Source of the DNA: Phoronis australis
Taxonomy: Eukaryota > Animalia > Phoronida
DNA length: 64,000 nucleotides
Assembly (NCBI GenBank): GCA_002633005.1
Contig: NMRA01000326.1
Coordinates: forward strand, 233,215-297,214
Direction of reading: 5' to 3'
Made by a program: the position numbers and the translations under genes. The notes under the pieces were generated by a model. That model saw only the letters and a list, made by a program, of their open reading frames with translations, was not told where the DNA came from and ran no database searches. Positions 1 through 14,029 of this stretch are shown in pieces; position 1 is the first letter of the stretch, and every line of letters begins with the position of its first letter.

Positions 1-2569
1 TGTAACAAAAAAAAATTCAGAAAAAATAGTGTGCATATTTTGTGTGAACTTTATGGCGTCTATGGAAGGCACGGCGGCAACGTTGTTTTCGTGACAGAAG
101 GTCCAATGTTCTTGAAAAGGCCGACTTCAACAACGTTCGTCCGCTGCTGATTAGCATAGTATCCAAGTTCAGACCTGCTGTCTGCACCACCTGAAGATAT
201 GGGAAAATGTTATATAGCATGGCTTGATAATGACACCTGATCTGGTGCGCTACATGTACATGTTGTAATCAGTTTTCATATTTGACACAGTCGCATTAGC
301 GGCCAAAGTAAGTCTGAACTGCTGGTACCACACATCATTTTAAACGTAATAAAATGCAGAAGGTATGTTTTGAGCGACAACCATCACCAAAACGTCGATC
401 AAATTCACTTCTGTAATTGATCATTAACACATGAATGAAACACGGATAACATTTTGCTCAAAACACTGAGCAAATGCCTTCTCAGGCACACGAAACCATC
501 AATTTGGGTCAAATGACGAAACTTCAATCCTTGTAGCATGCTGAACCCGGAATTTTGTACCGGTGGTGATGCCAACACAGTCATTTAAACAATACAGGTT
601 TATAACGTTCGCTTGGCATAGAATGTTCCACACCACGCATGCCAGCCAACTGTGCGTTTGTTTACAGTGAACCTCAGTGGTTGCAACAGATACGTTATAA
701 GTAGACTCTAAGAAAGTTTGCGCTATTGTAGTTCGTCTGACGTGAGTGCTAAGCCTAATCGTGTTTTACAAAATATTTTGGCAAAATCGGAAAATAAATC
801 AGAATCTAACACAGTATATAGACTAACGATATGACAATGTTTCGTATGCATTACTGGTGGTTTATTCCTTGCAACCTTTTCTTTGAAGAGCTGTAGAGAG
901 AATGCATCTTTCAGCAGCTCAGCGCATCGTATAATCAGAACGCGTACAGTATTCATTGCGGTCGCTTTGTTGCTATCCTTCACAAGCGACGCCATCTTTA
1001 GCATTAGCCAGGTAAAGAATGCAAACGCGTCCTAGTCTCTCAGTAACGTTTTACACTTGCGACATATAGCGAGCTCACTAGCTATGGCATTTGGCGTATT
1101 TTGATTCAAAATAGATCACAAACTAGTTCTTATATCGGCGTCGTCCGCACCTTTTACTCCTTGGAACAATATTTGACACAACAAATTATGCGCTGAAAAT
1201 TGATAAAGTTAGTAATGAATTAGGAAAGATTCATGTAATATGAAAATGATACATTAAAACCTTTATTTCATATTACATGTTTGAGACAACCCTACTAAAT
1301 TCAGTTTTATAGCCTGGTAATTTAATACTGACACTAATTCGTGAGTGTAAAAAGTCATTGAGTGACAGGGTCGGGTTTGCAGTATGAATCGAGTGGCAGC
1401 TACACCTACGCGTCAGCGAAAGGAGATGTTCCATGAGGACACGGGGACTGCTGTTGATGGGAAGGGGCACACCATCATTCCTCTGCTGCTGGAACATGAT
1501 ACCCCTTGCTACGCCCGTTGATTTTGTCATATTTTTATTCCATTTAAATACGTGTTATTTAGCAATTGACTCCTATTTTTCATTTTTGTTTCACGGAAAG
1601 ACAAAAGTTTAGTTAAAATTCATTTTCAGATGCACAAAATTTATTTTAACATTTTTTAAACTTTATCAAAAACTGTGTTTGCCGAAAACCAATTTAAAGT
1701 GATTGATTACTTTTGTCCATTACCAAATCAAAGGGACATTACTAATTGTGACTTTAAATCTATTGACTCACTTGGTATCTGTTTTTACATTACAAATCAC
1801 TGGTTTTCTATTTTTTGTCCCAATTGCCTAAAATGGCAACTAGTAAATGATTGACTGGGTGCTATTTTTGACTCTAGGCACGTGCCACAGTTACTGGATA
1901 CACTTGTGCATCCCTATAAAACAGATCTAGTAATGCACATTAAAATATATGTAGGTGGCCTAATGGGTCTATTGTATCCTTAGGCCTACTCCATGTGAGT
2001 ATCCCTCTGGGCGATCCCCTTGAGAAAAGTCACCAATATTTGATTTTCGTGGTAGAAAAAAACAATCAAGTTACATAGTAACAATAATGCTTACCAAACA
2101 GTGCAAGAACAAAACAAATCTAATGTTTTCCCAGATATTTGCATGCGTATTTCACGCGACTTCTCTGACATGAGCGTTAATCACCAACACTTGGGGTTTA
2201 CATTTACTTCATTTTCACCACTATAAATTATTATTTCTAATCTTGCAGATAGTAATTTAAGACCATTCTCTTGATTTTTTACCCAAGATTATCTGATTTC
2301 TTAAGACAGCTGACTGAAAAGTCGTCGGGAATTTTCTACTTATTACCCGTGTCAGCTGCACTAGCAGAAGCCATTTTCTTCTTGGCTTGTGATGCATGAC
2401 AACAATACTAATTTACTGTAGCCGCGCCAGCACGCAGGTGTCACTTAATTTTCCTTGGTATTTTTTTTACACCGGCGTTTCTGATAGGCTAGTCGAATTC
2501 GCAACAGGCAGCGCTTTAAGCAAAAAACTGGCACGACTGATGGACTGAAGTGTAAATGTGGTCTGTTGT

Positions 2570-3498
2570 CAGTGGCGGATCTAGGATATCACACGGGGGG
2601 GCCAACATTTTGTCCGGCTGTAAGCATTTGCGGAAACCACGATTGTAGTTGCGCGTAGCACCGAAGAGGGGAGGTCGGGGGGGGGGGGGGGTTGCCCCCC
2701 CTCTCGCCAAGGAAATTTTTCATTTTCTTCCTTCAAAAATCAAGCATTTTCCTTGATTCCTGAAGAATTATTCAAGAAAATAGAAACACGAAGAACATAT
2801 CAAAACAGAAAAAAACGCACGTACTAGAGACTCGAACTCGCGACCTGGCGGTTAGCGCGCGCGTGCATTACCAATACACCACCAGGACTTATATGCTAAA
2901 ACAATATTAAGAGACCTGCTTGTTTATGATCCATTGCGTTTGCGCGCGAAACCTACTTCTTTTTGTAATGTTTATTACACGTTTTATATTTTGTGCAATT
3001 GGTTCTTAACAAATTTGTTGTATTTAAAATACTCTTCAAATGCCCAAAACACCAAATCCGTTTTTCGTGTTAGAAATAATGACGGGTTGCTTAAGAAATC
3101 GTCTTTTAAGACTTAAAAGTCAGTTTGACAAAGAGAGAATTATGAGTTTCTGAGTGATTCACTAAGGCTTCGATTTAAATTCACATCTTACCAGCAGATT
3201 CTGTTTTTTCATAGTCACTCAGGTTCCATTTTCTTTAAAAAATGAAGTAAATTTTCTTCATTGTACAATGAAGCAGGCGACGGAAACGGAGTCGTAGTGC
3301 GCAGCGCCACTGCCGGTCGCCTGGGATATCGCGGGAGAGGAATACTTCCGTTACGAATAAGCCGCGTTCCGAATTTGACGCTTGAAATTGGATCTGAGCC
3401 CCACCCACCCCAACCCTAAAACTGCACACATTTAAATCTTGTTTCATCCGTATAATTTTAATTATCGGGGTTAATTAATAAACTCAACATTTCCCTAC
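2570..3498 (+). mobile_element. Long hAT5-like non-autonomous element, copy 1 (cut at N 3499)
   Basis: Begins CAGTGGCGGATCTAGG; colinear over ~900 bp with 60490-61430. Confidence 0.8.
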
Positions 3499-5543
3499 NG
3501 TTCGCCAGCTTGAGTGGCTCGGCCGTTGCTAGGCTGGATACTACCGGGTTCATGAACTCGGTTTATTTACGAGTTTTCAGGGCCTCCACTGGGGGCGCCA
3601 GTATGCTTGTGACGTCAGTGGACAAAAGGGGAATTGGCCAACATTCACCATTCTGCGCTAAGCACGCAGGGAACCAGCGAGACGATGTGGTTCCACTTCC
3701 TGTGGTGGGCTCAGTATACATAAAAGTGGAATCGGGGCAGTAATGAAATACGGAATGCATGCATACAAATTAAGTGAACTTGTTCCGTCTATGATAGAAC
3801 TGGTCAAAAGAATTTTTTTGTTTTTTTTTAAATCGGAAAGGCCAACGAAATTACAAGAAGGCAGCTGAGAAAGTGTGCTGTGGTATACCCTGACAATTCT
3901 AGAAACTTTCTACAGGAGACAGGGTGCCACTCGGGATGACCGCTATAGTCCCTCACCACGGCGTTCGGAAGGATTAATACTACCTTTTGTTCGCAATGAC
4001 CAGTATCTCAGAATCTTGTGTGTATACATGTACGACTTCTCTCGCTATACGTTAAAAGTCAGCGACATACCCAGTCCGCTATGTGCTAATTGGAATGGCA
4101 GTTATCTCACATTCTCTCGCCATCCGTAGAGAATGAGTCTAATACAGATACTGGGGCGGATTCAGGAATTTGATTTAGGGGCCTATTAGAGTCACATATT
4201 CATTCAAGTGAACATAACATAAACCCACGTTAGTATCTCTGAATATATGAGAGTGTGTAAACTGTATGCATACGGAGCAACAGAACTACTCAAATAACCA
4301 CTAAGAACTTAGGGTTCACAACAAATTAGCGACCCCACCTCGTAGCCACAGCTGCGTCTCAAACGTTGACGTGACACTAAGGAAGCTCAAGAAGTGGCGC
4401 GGACTTGGTGGTAACCCGAATCTTCTGACCACCACGAGATTAAAGGAATCGCCGCGACTGGCGGAAGGGTTTGTGACAACTTGGTATTGTCCCCTGCAGG
4501 CAAAAATGAAACAAGCAAATTTCAAGTGACCAAACTGTAGTGAACGAATTTTGAGCATGCTCCCAATTTAACAACATTATTTGTTATGGGTCGCGAGTAG
4601 CGGTACGTGTCTCTACCCAATCTCGACACCAGCGAATCTGTAAAGGGCGTCACGCTTACTTAAGATTTTCAATTTAAATTGAATTTTTGCATGCATCTAG
4701 TTAAAATTGAATATATTGATTTCATCTTCAAGTGATTTTTCTTCACGTGAGTACACTGTTGGACGGTTTTGATAGATCTGACACGCGTTTGTACAGTAGC
4801 TTACGCTGTGCGGTAATTAGTGACTTCCACTCCATTCAAGCTGTGTTCCTAATGGAAAATATTTGTTTTGCTTGAGCATTGCCTCTACCCCATCCACCTA
4901 TATTGATTTATGTAGGATGACGGAATTAATATTTGAATCATTAACACTGTGAACAGTGAGTTTTCTCTTTGTTTTTAAGAGAAAGCTTAAAGAGGATGTA
5001 GATATATAAATTAGATACTGAAACAGTACAGGCACACTAGTTGGTGTGTCTAACGTTCAGACTGGCAACAGGTAGGTCCGAGGTGCATGCTTATTGTGTT
5101 TCTCAGTTTCATCATGCGGTGTAAAAGCTTTCACTGTCCGCTTTCTGTAGTAACATAACAGTCGTAAAATGTGTTCTAATGTCTCTTGTTCACGATATCC
5201 CACACTACATGCATCACTTAAACTTATTTTTATTTTATGAAGAAATGAGCATATTTCTAAAGTTATATAGAAGATCCTACCCTGCAGCCAATGTATATTT
5301 CAACGTAGGCAACACGTAGCCCCTCGGTTGGCCGGTTAAGGACTACAATACTTCCCATCGCTTTATGTACGCATTTCGTTCCATGTATTTTAAACGGGCG
5401 ATAGGCCAGATGAGTTTCCACCTCCTCAAAATACATTCCATACTTAAAATTATCATTTAAAAAGCACGTACTTTCTTCATTGGTCCTTTCTACTTCTATA
5501 CATATGTTCAATGAAGTTTAGTTGTGAGAATTAAGGTGACTTT

Positions 5544-5811
5544 CAGGGGCGGATCCAGGATAATAACCAGAATTTTGGCAGATGGGCGCGCGCAGCCTGA
5601 AATGTAGGGTGCAGGGGTCTCGAATTTTTGGGTTTGCGGGCCTTTTAACTAAAAAAAACAGTGAACGGTGCATTGTTTATTCACCCCCCGAGCCACCCTG
5701 GTTGCGCTCTTGTGCTAGTCAGCGATTCGCACCCAAACTGCCAAATGGTATCTCGTAGAATTTTAGGGGGGGGGGGCACGGCCCCCTTGCCCCCCCCTTA
5801 ATCCGCCACTG
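5544..5811. mobile_element. hAT5-like MITE
   Basis: CAGGGGCGGATCC...AATCCGCCACTG; TSD ACTTT. Confidence 0.85.
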
Positions 5812-8120
5812 ACTTTGACAAGAATTAGAACCCAACTTTTTTGGTTGCCATTAACTTTTTCACCGTGCGCGCGATAACCACAAACTACGTCAACTGAGTC
5901 ACGTGAGTTAGGCAAAGACTAGCGCGAGACTGAGCGAAGTGCGTGACGCTAGCGCGTGACACTTGCAAAATAGCATGAGAAGGTATCAGGTGAAATATGT
6001 AAGATTTGTGTCCCTTGGACTTTTTATTCGTCAAGATGCGTGATTTCACGTAACTTCCTCAAAATGGCAACCAATAAGAGAAACTCGAGCAAACCGCGAC
6101 ATAATTTCTTCGATTTGTTCAAATTATTGTGACTGACTCGTCTCCAGACTTATGGTATGAGGTGTTTATAACTCCATGTGCATATATGCATGTTTCATTT
6201 GATTTTAATTCCTGTATTTTGAAATGAGTAACTTTTTGTGGGATGTACTATCGCCCTTGTATGCCAGCGGCATCCAGGACGATGTAATTGCCTAATTTCA
6301 ACGCTGCAGATAAAAGATGTTTGGTCATTTTTATCTATCAGAAGCTTCTTACCTCAGTGCAAATTTCGGATAGGTAGTTGGAGTAATTAAAATATCAGTT
6401 TTTGTAAACGCCACTGCATCCTTGATTTTCACAAAAAATATTATTGCATGACACTGCCCAAAAGGTCCAATTAATATGTAAAGATGTCTAATTTTGGATT
6501 AATGCTTTAACAGCTTTCAATCTTTTGAATAATTGAAACTATTTCCCTGTTGGATTAATTAGCCATTTATACAGCTTCTTTAGTCCATTTCCTGTTTATG
6601 TTATTATTACGTCCTTAACATTGCACAAAATTAGCTGACAAGAAGGGTTTCATTATTACACCGTTATTTTTCGCGTTTTGTAACACTCTTGGTTTTTAGA
6701 ATTAAAAAAATATTCTAAACATGTTAAGCATGCAATTAAATGATAATTACTTATGAAGTGAATTGTTTATATTTTGTTTCTGTTCTAACAAACACCTTCA
6801 AGAGTTGACGAAGGGCTTTCCAATAATACGACTTTGGTGAAATTCTATTGAAAAACTGCGGAGTTGGCAAAATTCTTAGTGACCACAAAAAGGTGACACT
6901 TTTCCCAAAGGCATAGTGATAAAATATATATTTGTAATTTATCCTAGGCGCATGATTTTGGTATCATATTAGAGCCCAGGGCCCGGTCTCCAATCTCCGT
7001 ACTCAAACTAATACTCATACTGGAGATTTCATACTTAAAATTGTGCTCACTGGAGTCGTACTCAAAAAAGCGTAACTAATGTCGCATTTCGAGTTGACTC
7101 CAAACGTACTCAAATCTGACACTAATACTCGAGTTGCTATGGAACTCTTTATGATGTGAAATGCAAAACCACGCAAAGTCGCGCTGATTCATCGCTCCCT
7201 ATTGGCATAGACCACCCCAGCAACAACATTATCGTCTGTTGTCATTACAACTACTAGGGTAGGCATATGACGTGGAATTCTGTGTGTTCTGTAACTGTTA
7301 TTCATTTTTTTCAGTTTCAATACAATGTTCTTATACCATTGATACATTTGACAATTATTAAGCTTGGTGAACTCTGAATGCCTGCACATGTATTGTTTTT
7401 TAAGTCACGCGCCAAATATCAACTAACTTGATACATCCCGGTAAAATACAAAGATACAGTATCAAAGTTTTGACATCAGCGTAGGCCTACACAGCAATGG
7501 GTTCTATATCAATACTAAATTAGCAAGAGAGAACAGGGGTTCTTTGATGTGATAAGCTGTTACAAATTTCTTAAAGAGATTGGTTCACAGCAATTTGGTT
7601 TAGTTAACATGTAAACCCATGTGTTGACTGTTAATAAAGTTTGCTTATAAACCATATTTCTTTTTATTTCATACCCCATATTTTTCAATTATTCGTTTAA
7701 AACACGCTCCCACTTCCCCACAAAATTTTGAGAACAGAAAATTTTGAACTTCGGCTATCTTCGGAAACACGTCACATCAGGAACACATCAGGAATTCCTG
7801 AGCCGATCACTGCCGAGTCTCAGACAGTGGCCATAGATTTGTACTCTTGGCTGGGACTATCTGGCACAAATGGACTCTTTGTGTTTGTTAGAATCTTTAT
7901 TATGCAACTTTTGCCCATTAATTCTCTGAAATGCGACACATATGCAAATGGTCATTTGTGTTGACATAAACATTTTACAATAGTTAGTAGGGACTTGACC
8001 TGATCATTGCCGAGTCAGCCTGACCGAGTCCACAGTGTCCACTGCTGTGTGCTAAGAGGAGTACTTTTTTAAATGTAGACGGATTTTTAGATTTAAACTG
8101 GAGTAAGTATTTGAAGAAGA

Positions 8121-8390
8121 ATGCCTGACCGTTGTGTAGTTGGAGACTGTGGCAATACGCCAAGAACTGGTGTATCTTTACACAAGTTTCCCACTGATCC
8201 AAGACTGCGTCGCAAGTGAGAAGACTTTGCGAAGTCCACGTGTGGAGCGTCGCCGTATTCGGTAGTATGTAGCGAACATATTTCTATGGATTGCTTCTAG
8301 AACGACAACCTGTGATACGAGTATGGTTGTAAACCAGAATGAGTGAACTTGTAGAGAGTAAACGGTAGATGCCGTCGCTTTCCAGAAGCT
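8121..8390 (+). pseudogene. THAP-domain transposase remnant (probably Kolobok; candidate left end TTAA|AGAGATTGG at 7575)
   Basis: MPDRCVVGDCGNTPRTGVSLHKFPTDPRLRRK*EDFAK...VVCSEHISMDCF*: C2CH pattern with the conserved Trp changed to TGA. Confidence 0.8.
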
Positions 8391-9399
8391 AGTGGGCCTT
8401 GAGCTAGTATTAACAACCTAACATTCAAAACGGCGGATAGCATCGACGGACACTGTCCGACAGGATTAGTGCTAGAAGTAATCAGTAGATTGCTTTTCTT
8501 TTGAATTACAGTTTTTGCTACATTCCGGTAAGTGTTTGCAGGTGGATGGGCTGAATAGGTTGAAACTCGTTATCTGTCTATGCAATCCATTGAATTTTAG
8601 CTCTTCGATCGCTAGCTGGACTAAATGAACTGTAAGTGTAGGGCTGTACAATCGATTTTTTTCGATTTGCAAAAGTACTTCAATGTAATCGGAAAAATAA
8701 TGCATCCCACTGTTATTGTTTACAATCCGACTCCATTAACGTACATACTTAATACTACTATTTTCTGAATCCTCTAGTCATGGTGATTGTACTGATTGGT
8801 CGATTATTATTCACAATTTCCGAGTTTTTCCAAAGCGTTCATTTGTAACGCGGCAGGATTGATAACTAACGGTTAACTGGGAGATGTCAAGTGTTTTCGA
8901 GAACGACATTTGTCCGCGAGAATGTTGTACTTCAACTTGGAATCCTCAAGAATAAGCGGAAGTGAGTGTTGCGTGAACTTGAAATTCCAAGATCAAGCAA
9001 GTGATCTTGAGATTAAGCAAACTGCCAAACCCCGTACGTGAACTTGGAATCTTGCGTGAACTTGGAATTAAGCGGCTGCCTGGCACACAATCACAGAACA
9101 AGGCTCTTGGGCTGAAATGGTTACTGAATCGGTAGGCTACGGAGAGAAAAGATTTCTAAAAAATCGAGATAAAGCTTCCGTGGCCTGGTCATGAATACTG
9201 GTTAGTACCGAGGGACTGGAATAAAAAATCATTTAAGAACTGTATTGTGATTACATGTTCCCTAAGTTATGCATCGGGCACACAAGGTCATAGCCACACG
9301 GCTACGGTGGCCATTTGAGTCGTATTATTTTCTGTGTTGCTGCCTATTTCAATATAAAAATAAAGCTGGATGCTTGAATTTAGTGCCTGGTTGACGTTT

Positions 9400-10780
9400 G
9401 ATCAAGGGGTGAAATAAACATTCTCTAACTGGCTGCATTACATTTTAAATGTTTTTTCTATTACCTTTAGAGCACTTCTGAGCGCATTCGCAGTTCTTTC
9501 TACCTAATTCCGTGTTTAAGCAAGCCACACTGGTTGCTTAAACTTGGAATAATTTCTTCTCTAAAAAATTCGCGATGTGAACCAAACCTTCTCTTAATGA
9601 TAGCAATACAATGTAAATGCATTTTCTATTACTTTATTTCTGCTTTTGTTGATAAAGGAAGTTATTACACCCGAAAATTTCAAATTTCAGTTGATCCATT
9701 CTTGTTGTTTTATTTACCGAGTTCTATTACTTTCGAACACCTATGAATGCATTCGCAGTTGTTTTCTACCCAATTCCAAGTTTAAGCAAGGGCGTGGCTC
9801 GCTTCAACTTGGAATAACTCAATTTCTTCTTCACAAAAACTCACGCGGTGAACCAAACATTCTCTGACTGGTCGCAATACATTTTAAATGCTTTTTTCTA
9901 TTACCTTTAGAATACTTCTGAGCGCATTCGCATTTTTTAACCCCGTAAATTCAAAGTTTAAGCAAGATACGCCCTTGCTTTAACTTGGAATACCAGTAAT
10001 TCAATTTCTGCTTTATAAAAAATCCCATAGTGAACCAAACATTCGGTAACTGGTTGCAAGACATTTTAAACGCATTTTCTAATAATTTTGGAACACTTCA
10101 GTTTTTTCTACCCAATTCCAAGTTTAAGCAAGGGCGTGGCTCGCTTAAACTTGGAATAATACAGTTTCCGCTTTACAAAAAATCACGTGGTTAACCAAAC
10201 ATTCGTTCACTTGTTCCAATACATTGTAAATGCATTTTCTATTACTTTTGAAACATCCCTGAATGCATATCGTAGTTTTTTGTACCCAATTCCAAGTTTA
10301 AGCAAGCCACGCCCTGGCTTAAACTTTCTTTACAAAAAATCGTGTGGTGTAGCAAATATTCTCTGACCAGTTACAGTATGTTATAAATGCATTTTCTATT
10401 ACGTTTGGAACACCTCTGAATGCATTCTCAACTGTTTTCTACCCAATTCCAAGTTTAAGCAAGCTACGCCCTTGCTTAAACTTGAAATGATTGTTTATTA
10501 GATTTACAAAATCACTTAGTGAACCAAACATTTTCTGGCTGGTTAAAATATGTTGTAAGCACAACTTTTTTCTGATCTTAAGACTTTATTGAACACGTTA
10601 ACAATTATTTTCTTCCGAATTCCACGTTTAAGCAGGCCGTTTTATTTTCGCTTTACAATCCCTTTGTTGTGAATTAAGCATTCCCTGAAAGATTATAAGA
10701 CATTATGAACAATTTTTTTCTATCCCTGTAAATTATTGGCGATTAATTTTTACCCAATGCCAAGTTTAAAAGATGACTGT
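9400..10780. repeat. Degenerate tandem array, ~8 units of ~170 bp, each with a 15-bp inverted repeat
   Basis: Recurring ATTCCAAGTTTAAGC-N13-GCTTAAACTTGGAAT followed by GTGAACCAAACATTC and TGCATTTTCTATTAC. Confidence 0.85.
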
Positions 10781-11025
10781 AGTAAAAATAATGCAGCAGT
10801 AAACCGGCTCTAACATACACATAAGACTTAAATTTGCCCGAGTTGCGCTCCAAACAAAACTGACTCACATTTTATTATAAAAACACTAATGCTGACAGCA
10901 ATCTCTGATTGGCTGATATGTCAGTGGTTGACAGGGCATCGACTGCTTATCACATATTTCTGCTCCATATTGGAGCATTGAGTGGATAGAGTTTACATTG
11001 CATTTTAAAATTGTAGCACCGATTC

Positions 11026-11180
11026 CAGTGGCAGATTTAGAGGGGGGCCAAGGGGGCCATGGCCCCCCTAAAATTCTCCAAGATTCCATTGGGCAGTTCG
11101 GTAGTGCCAATGTCTGACAGGCAAAACCCTGGCTAATACTCTGCCTTGCCCCCCAACTCAAAATCCTGGATCCTCCCATG
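11026..11180. mobile_element. hAT5-like MITE (short subfamily)
   Basis: CAGTGGCAGATTTAG...GGATCCTCCCATG; TSD GATTC/GATTT; homologous to 25077, 46447 and 63687. Confidence 0.85.
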
Positions 11181-12149
11181 GATTTTTATTATTTACTGTT
11201 TGCCAGTGTTTTAAAAAATTCTCATGCCTTTTTGTATGGCACCTAGTTGTTCAAACTATGCGAAAAAGGTGTCGTCGAAGAGGGCGGACATACAACACAA
11301 TCCGTTGCCCTTGCCGTGATACAAAGCTGTATGCTAAATTAATTCAAAGCAAAATACTGTTCCCTTTAATAAGCAAACTTGGAATCAATGTCTTTTCATT
11401 TCACAAAAAACTAAGTGGTGAAGCAAGCTTTCTCTCGCAGATTACAATAAACTGTAAACGCAATTCCTGTTCTTGAGACAACTCTAACACATCAGCAATG
11501 TCTTCTACATAATTTCAATTTTCACCAGTACTTAAACAGTATGGGGTTTCCCATTTTCAATTGTATAAAAAATTTTAATACCTTTAATGAGACACTTTCA
11601 TAGTCAAAAATGAAATTCTCGAGTTGGGCCCATTCTTTTTGGGAAGCTCAGGGGGCAACGGAAAACATGTTCTCCATGTTAGTGCAGGTGGATCGTAGTC
11701 TCTCACTGGAGATGATGTATGTTACAAGGAAAATGGTGGGTAGTTTTTAAAGATATTTAAAAATAAGAATTTGACTTTGCTTTAACAATATCTGCATGGA
11801 CAGGTCTAAGTTTTTATTTTTTCCAACATACCACCAAATTATAATACAACATAAAACATACTCTGTAAAGATACGAAGGCTGGCATACAGTATTTTTCAA
11901 ACTAAACTACACAATGTCGTATTTGTTTCTTTTCCAATAGAATCCAATCCAATTCTAGCTAAATTTCAACAAAAACAATTTATTGCGCAAGACCAGTCCC
12001 AAAAAAATTAAGGATTAGACAAAATGTCGAAATTCAACTCTGACAAAAGTTCGACTACGTAAACTGACAAATTATTCTGGTTAGAAGTTTATCCAAATTT
12101 GGCAGTCTTGGAAACTTCTGTTGAAGTCTGTCTGTTGGCATCAGGTGAT

Positions 12150-12250
12150 ACATAGTTACATCTAAAAGGCTCTCTGTCCCCACCAAGGTTTGAACCCAGG
12201 ACTTTCTGCTTACCCGTTAGCCAACACCTGATGTGATCAACATATGGCGT
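12150..12250 (-). mobile_element. tRNA-derived SINE head remnant
   Basis: Minus strand GGTAAGCAGAAAGTCCTGGGTTCAAACCTTGGTGGGGACAG: B-box/T-arm-like, no complete cloverleaf. Confidence 0.45.
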
Positions 12251-13732
12251 ATGTGAAGACCAACAGTTATACGACATCATTCACTGCGCAGTAAAAGAAA
12301 AGTGTTCAAGCATCAGGTTAAGGTTATGGGAGATCCTAGACAAATGTCTAAACTTGGTAAGGCGGAAAACATATCTTGCCAATGGTTAATAGGATTCCAA
12401 TAAAAACTTTCAGATCTTGTACTTTATGCACTTTTCCCCATCAGGCTTTTAGATTGTCTTTTGACTGATCTACTTTGGCATGGGAGGGCTAGCTAAAATA
12501 GGGGCTTTCAGTTATTTCATGAAAAACTCAAACATTGATTAAAACGAGAAGGGTTACTAAAAAAACAGAATCGGCATTTTTCAGATTCCATCTTGAACAT
12601 TTATACAAAAAGAAAATCGGTCATGTTATCTACTCCACTGTTTTGTTATGAATGTATTCCCTTTTCCGGAATCTTATTAAAATATGGTCAAGGGACCCAA
12701 TTAATGGCAGATTGATATATAAAGTCATTATATACAGACTCTCTACTTTCATGAATTAAAGTAGTGTTTTAGAAAGTTAAATTCCAAAGTTTGTAGATAT
12801 TTGTCAGTAAGGTGCCACATAACCTTATGTCCTGACATTAAATTTTGGGTTGCTCATGCTGTTTCATTACATGACAACTAATACTTCTGTCCTTTGATTG
12901 TCTGGAGCACAATTTGATAATTTTGACCCACCACCCTGTGGAATAACACTTTTCATTTACGCCACCAGGATGTCACGCAACTAGCAATGCGACCAATCAA
13001 ATACCATGAAAATCATAAACCCTGACAACAAAGTGAGCAGACAATGTCAGTACATCAAACTTAGCATTAAAGAAGCATCAGTAGCCATTTAATAAAAGAA
13101 ATATAGACTGATCATTAGGTTACATAGACCTGAGAGGGACATATGCTGCATTTAAGGTGATTGATTCATTGGCAAGCAGCTTCAAATGCTGTAACAACAA
13201 TGAAATGGGGTCCTCCAACTTTGGCTAATCTGTTGACCTACAGACAGGGCACAGTAGCACGAATGGTTATCACCGATTCTGTGTAAGCGATAAAGATGTT
13301 CACTAACATGTTCTGTCAATGAGACAAGTTGTGTGTCCCTGATTTAGTAGCTTGAACGTGCTGTGTCAGTTGAGGGCAACTCTTCCTCTTATCCATGACT
13401 TTCTGGAAGACAGGAAGCTGCTTGGAACCTGTTTAAAATAAGTAGAATAGTTTAAATTCCTTTTATGCAAACACGATAATCAATCAAAAATACGCATTAC
13501 AGACAAAATTGTTTTCATGTTGACGTGCATAATACCTGTGAAAAATACATATACAACGAGTATTGAAAAGTGAAAAAGGATCCAGATTTATTGTCAATAG
13601 TTGAATGTTGTATCTATAAGAAAATCAAGTAATTGGAAAATCTATTATTCTCTGTTTCCAGATTTTGACAATTTATTTGTCAGCACATTGAAACAGGATC
13701 ACTCATCGCATTCATGTATTTTATGTACTATA

Positions 13733-14029
13733 CAGGGGCGGATCTAGGATACCATACATGTTGCCTCAGGGAATTGGGCAAAGCGCGATCCTATATGCAC
13801 AGGGGGCCCGAAAGTTGTGGGAGCTGAGGATGAGGACCTTCTGTTCAGAAAATTTAACGGTGGACTAAAAAAAACGGAAACACGATTCCACCGCAATGTG
13901 GGATCTGAGCCCCCCCATCCGCTACCAGTCCTAATTAGTGAACTCTCTTTTTCTTCGCACTTCACGCTCTTTCTGTTTCATTTTGCTGGCGGCAGCCAAG
14001 GGGCGGGAGGGGGTGGGCCCCCGCCTATG
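13733..14029. mobile_element. hAT5-like MITE
   Basis: CAGGGGCGGATCTAGG...CCGCCTATG; TSD CTATA; ends shared with the 60490 element. Confidence 0.8.

Noticed and set aside
17-1530. Short ORFs at the window start as coding exons
   Set aside because: No recognisable domain or phase-consistent exon chain; an AVPS match suggesting a THAP tail lacks the upstream C2CH residues.
4310-4500. Possible LTR end (TGTGACA) followed by a TGGTAT PBS-like sequence
   Set aside because: Only 6 nt match a Met PBS, and no partner LTR or TSD was found.
12150-12250. Functional tRNA gene
   Set aside because: Only a T-arm/B-box-like part is present, with no acceptor stem or full cloverleaf; treated as a SINE remnant.
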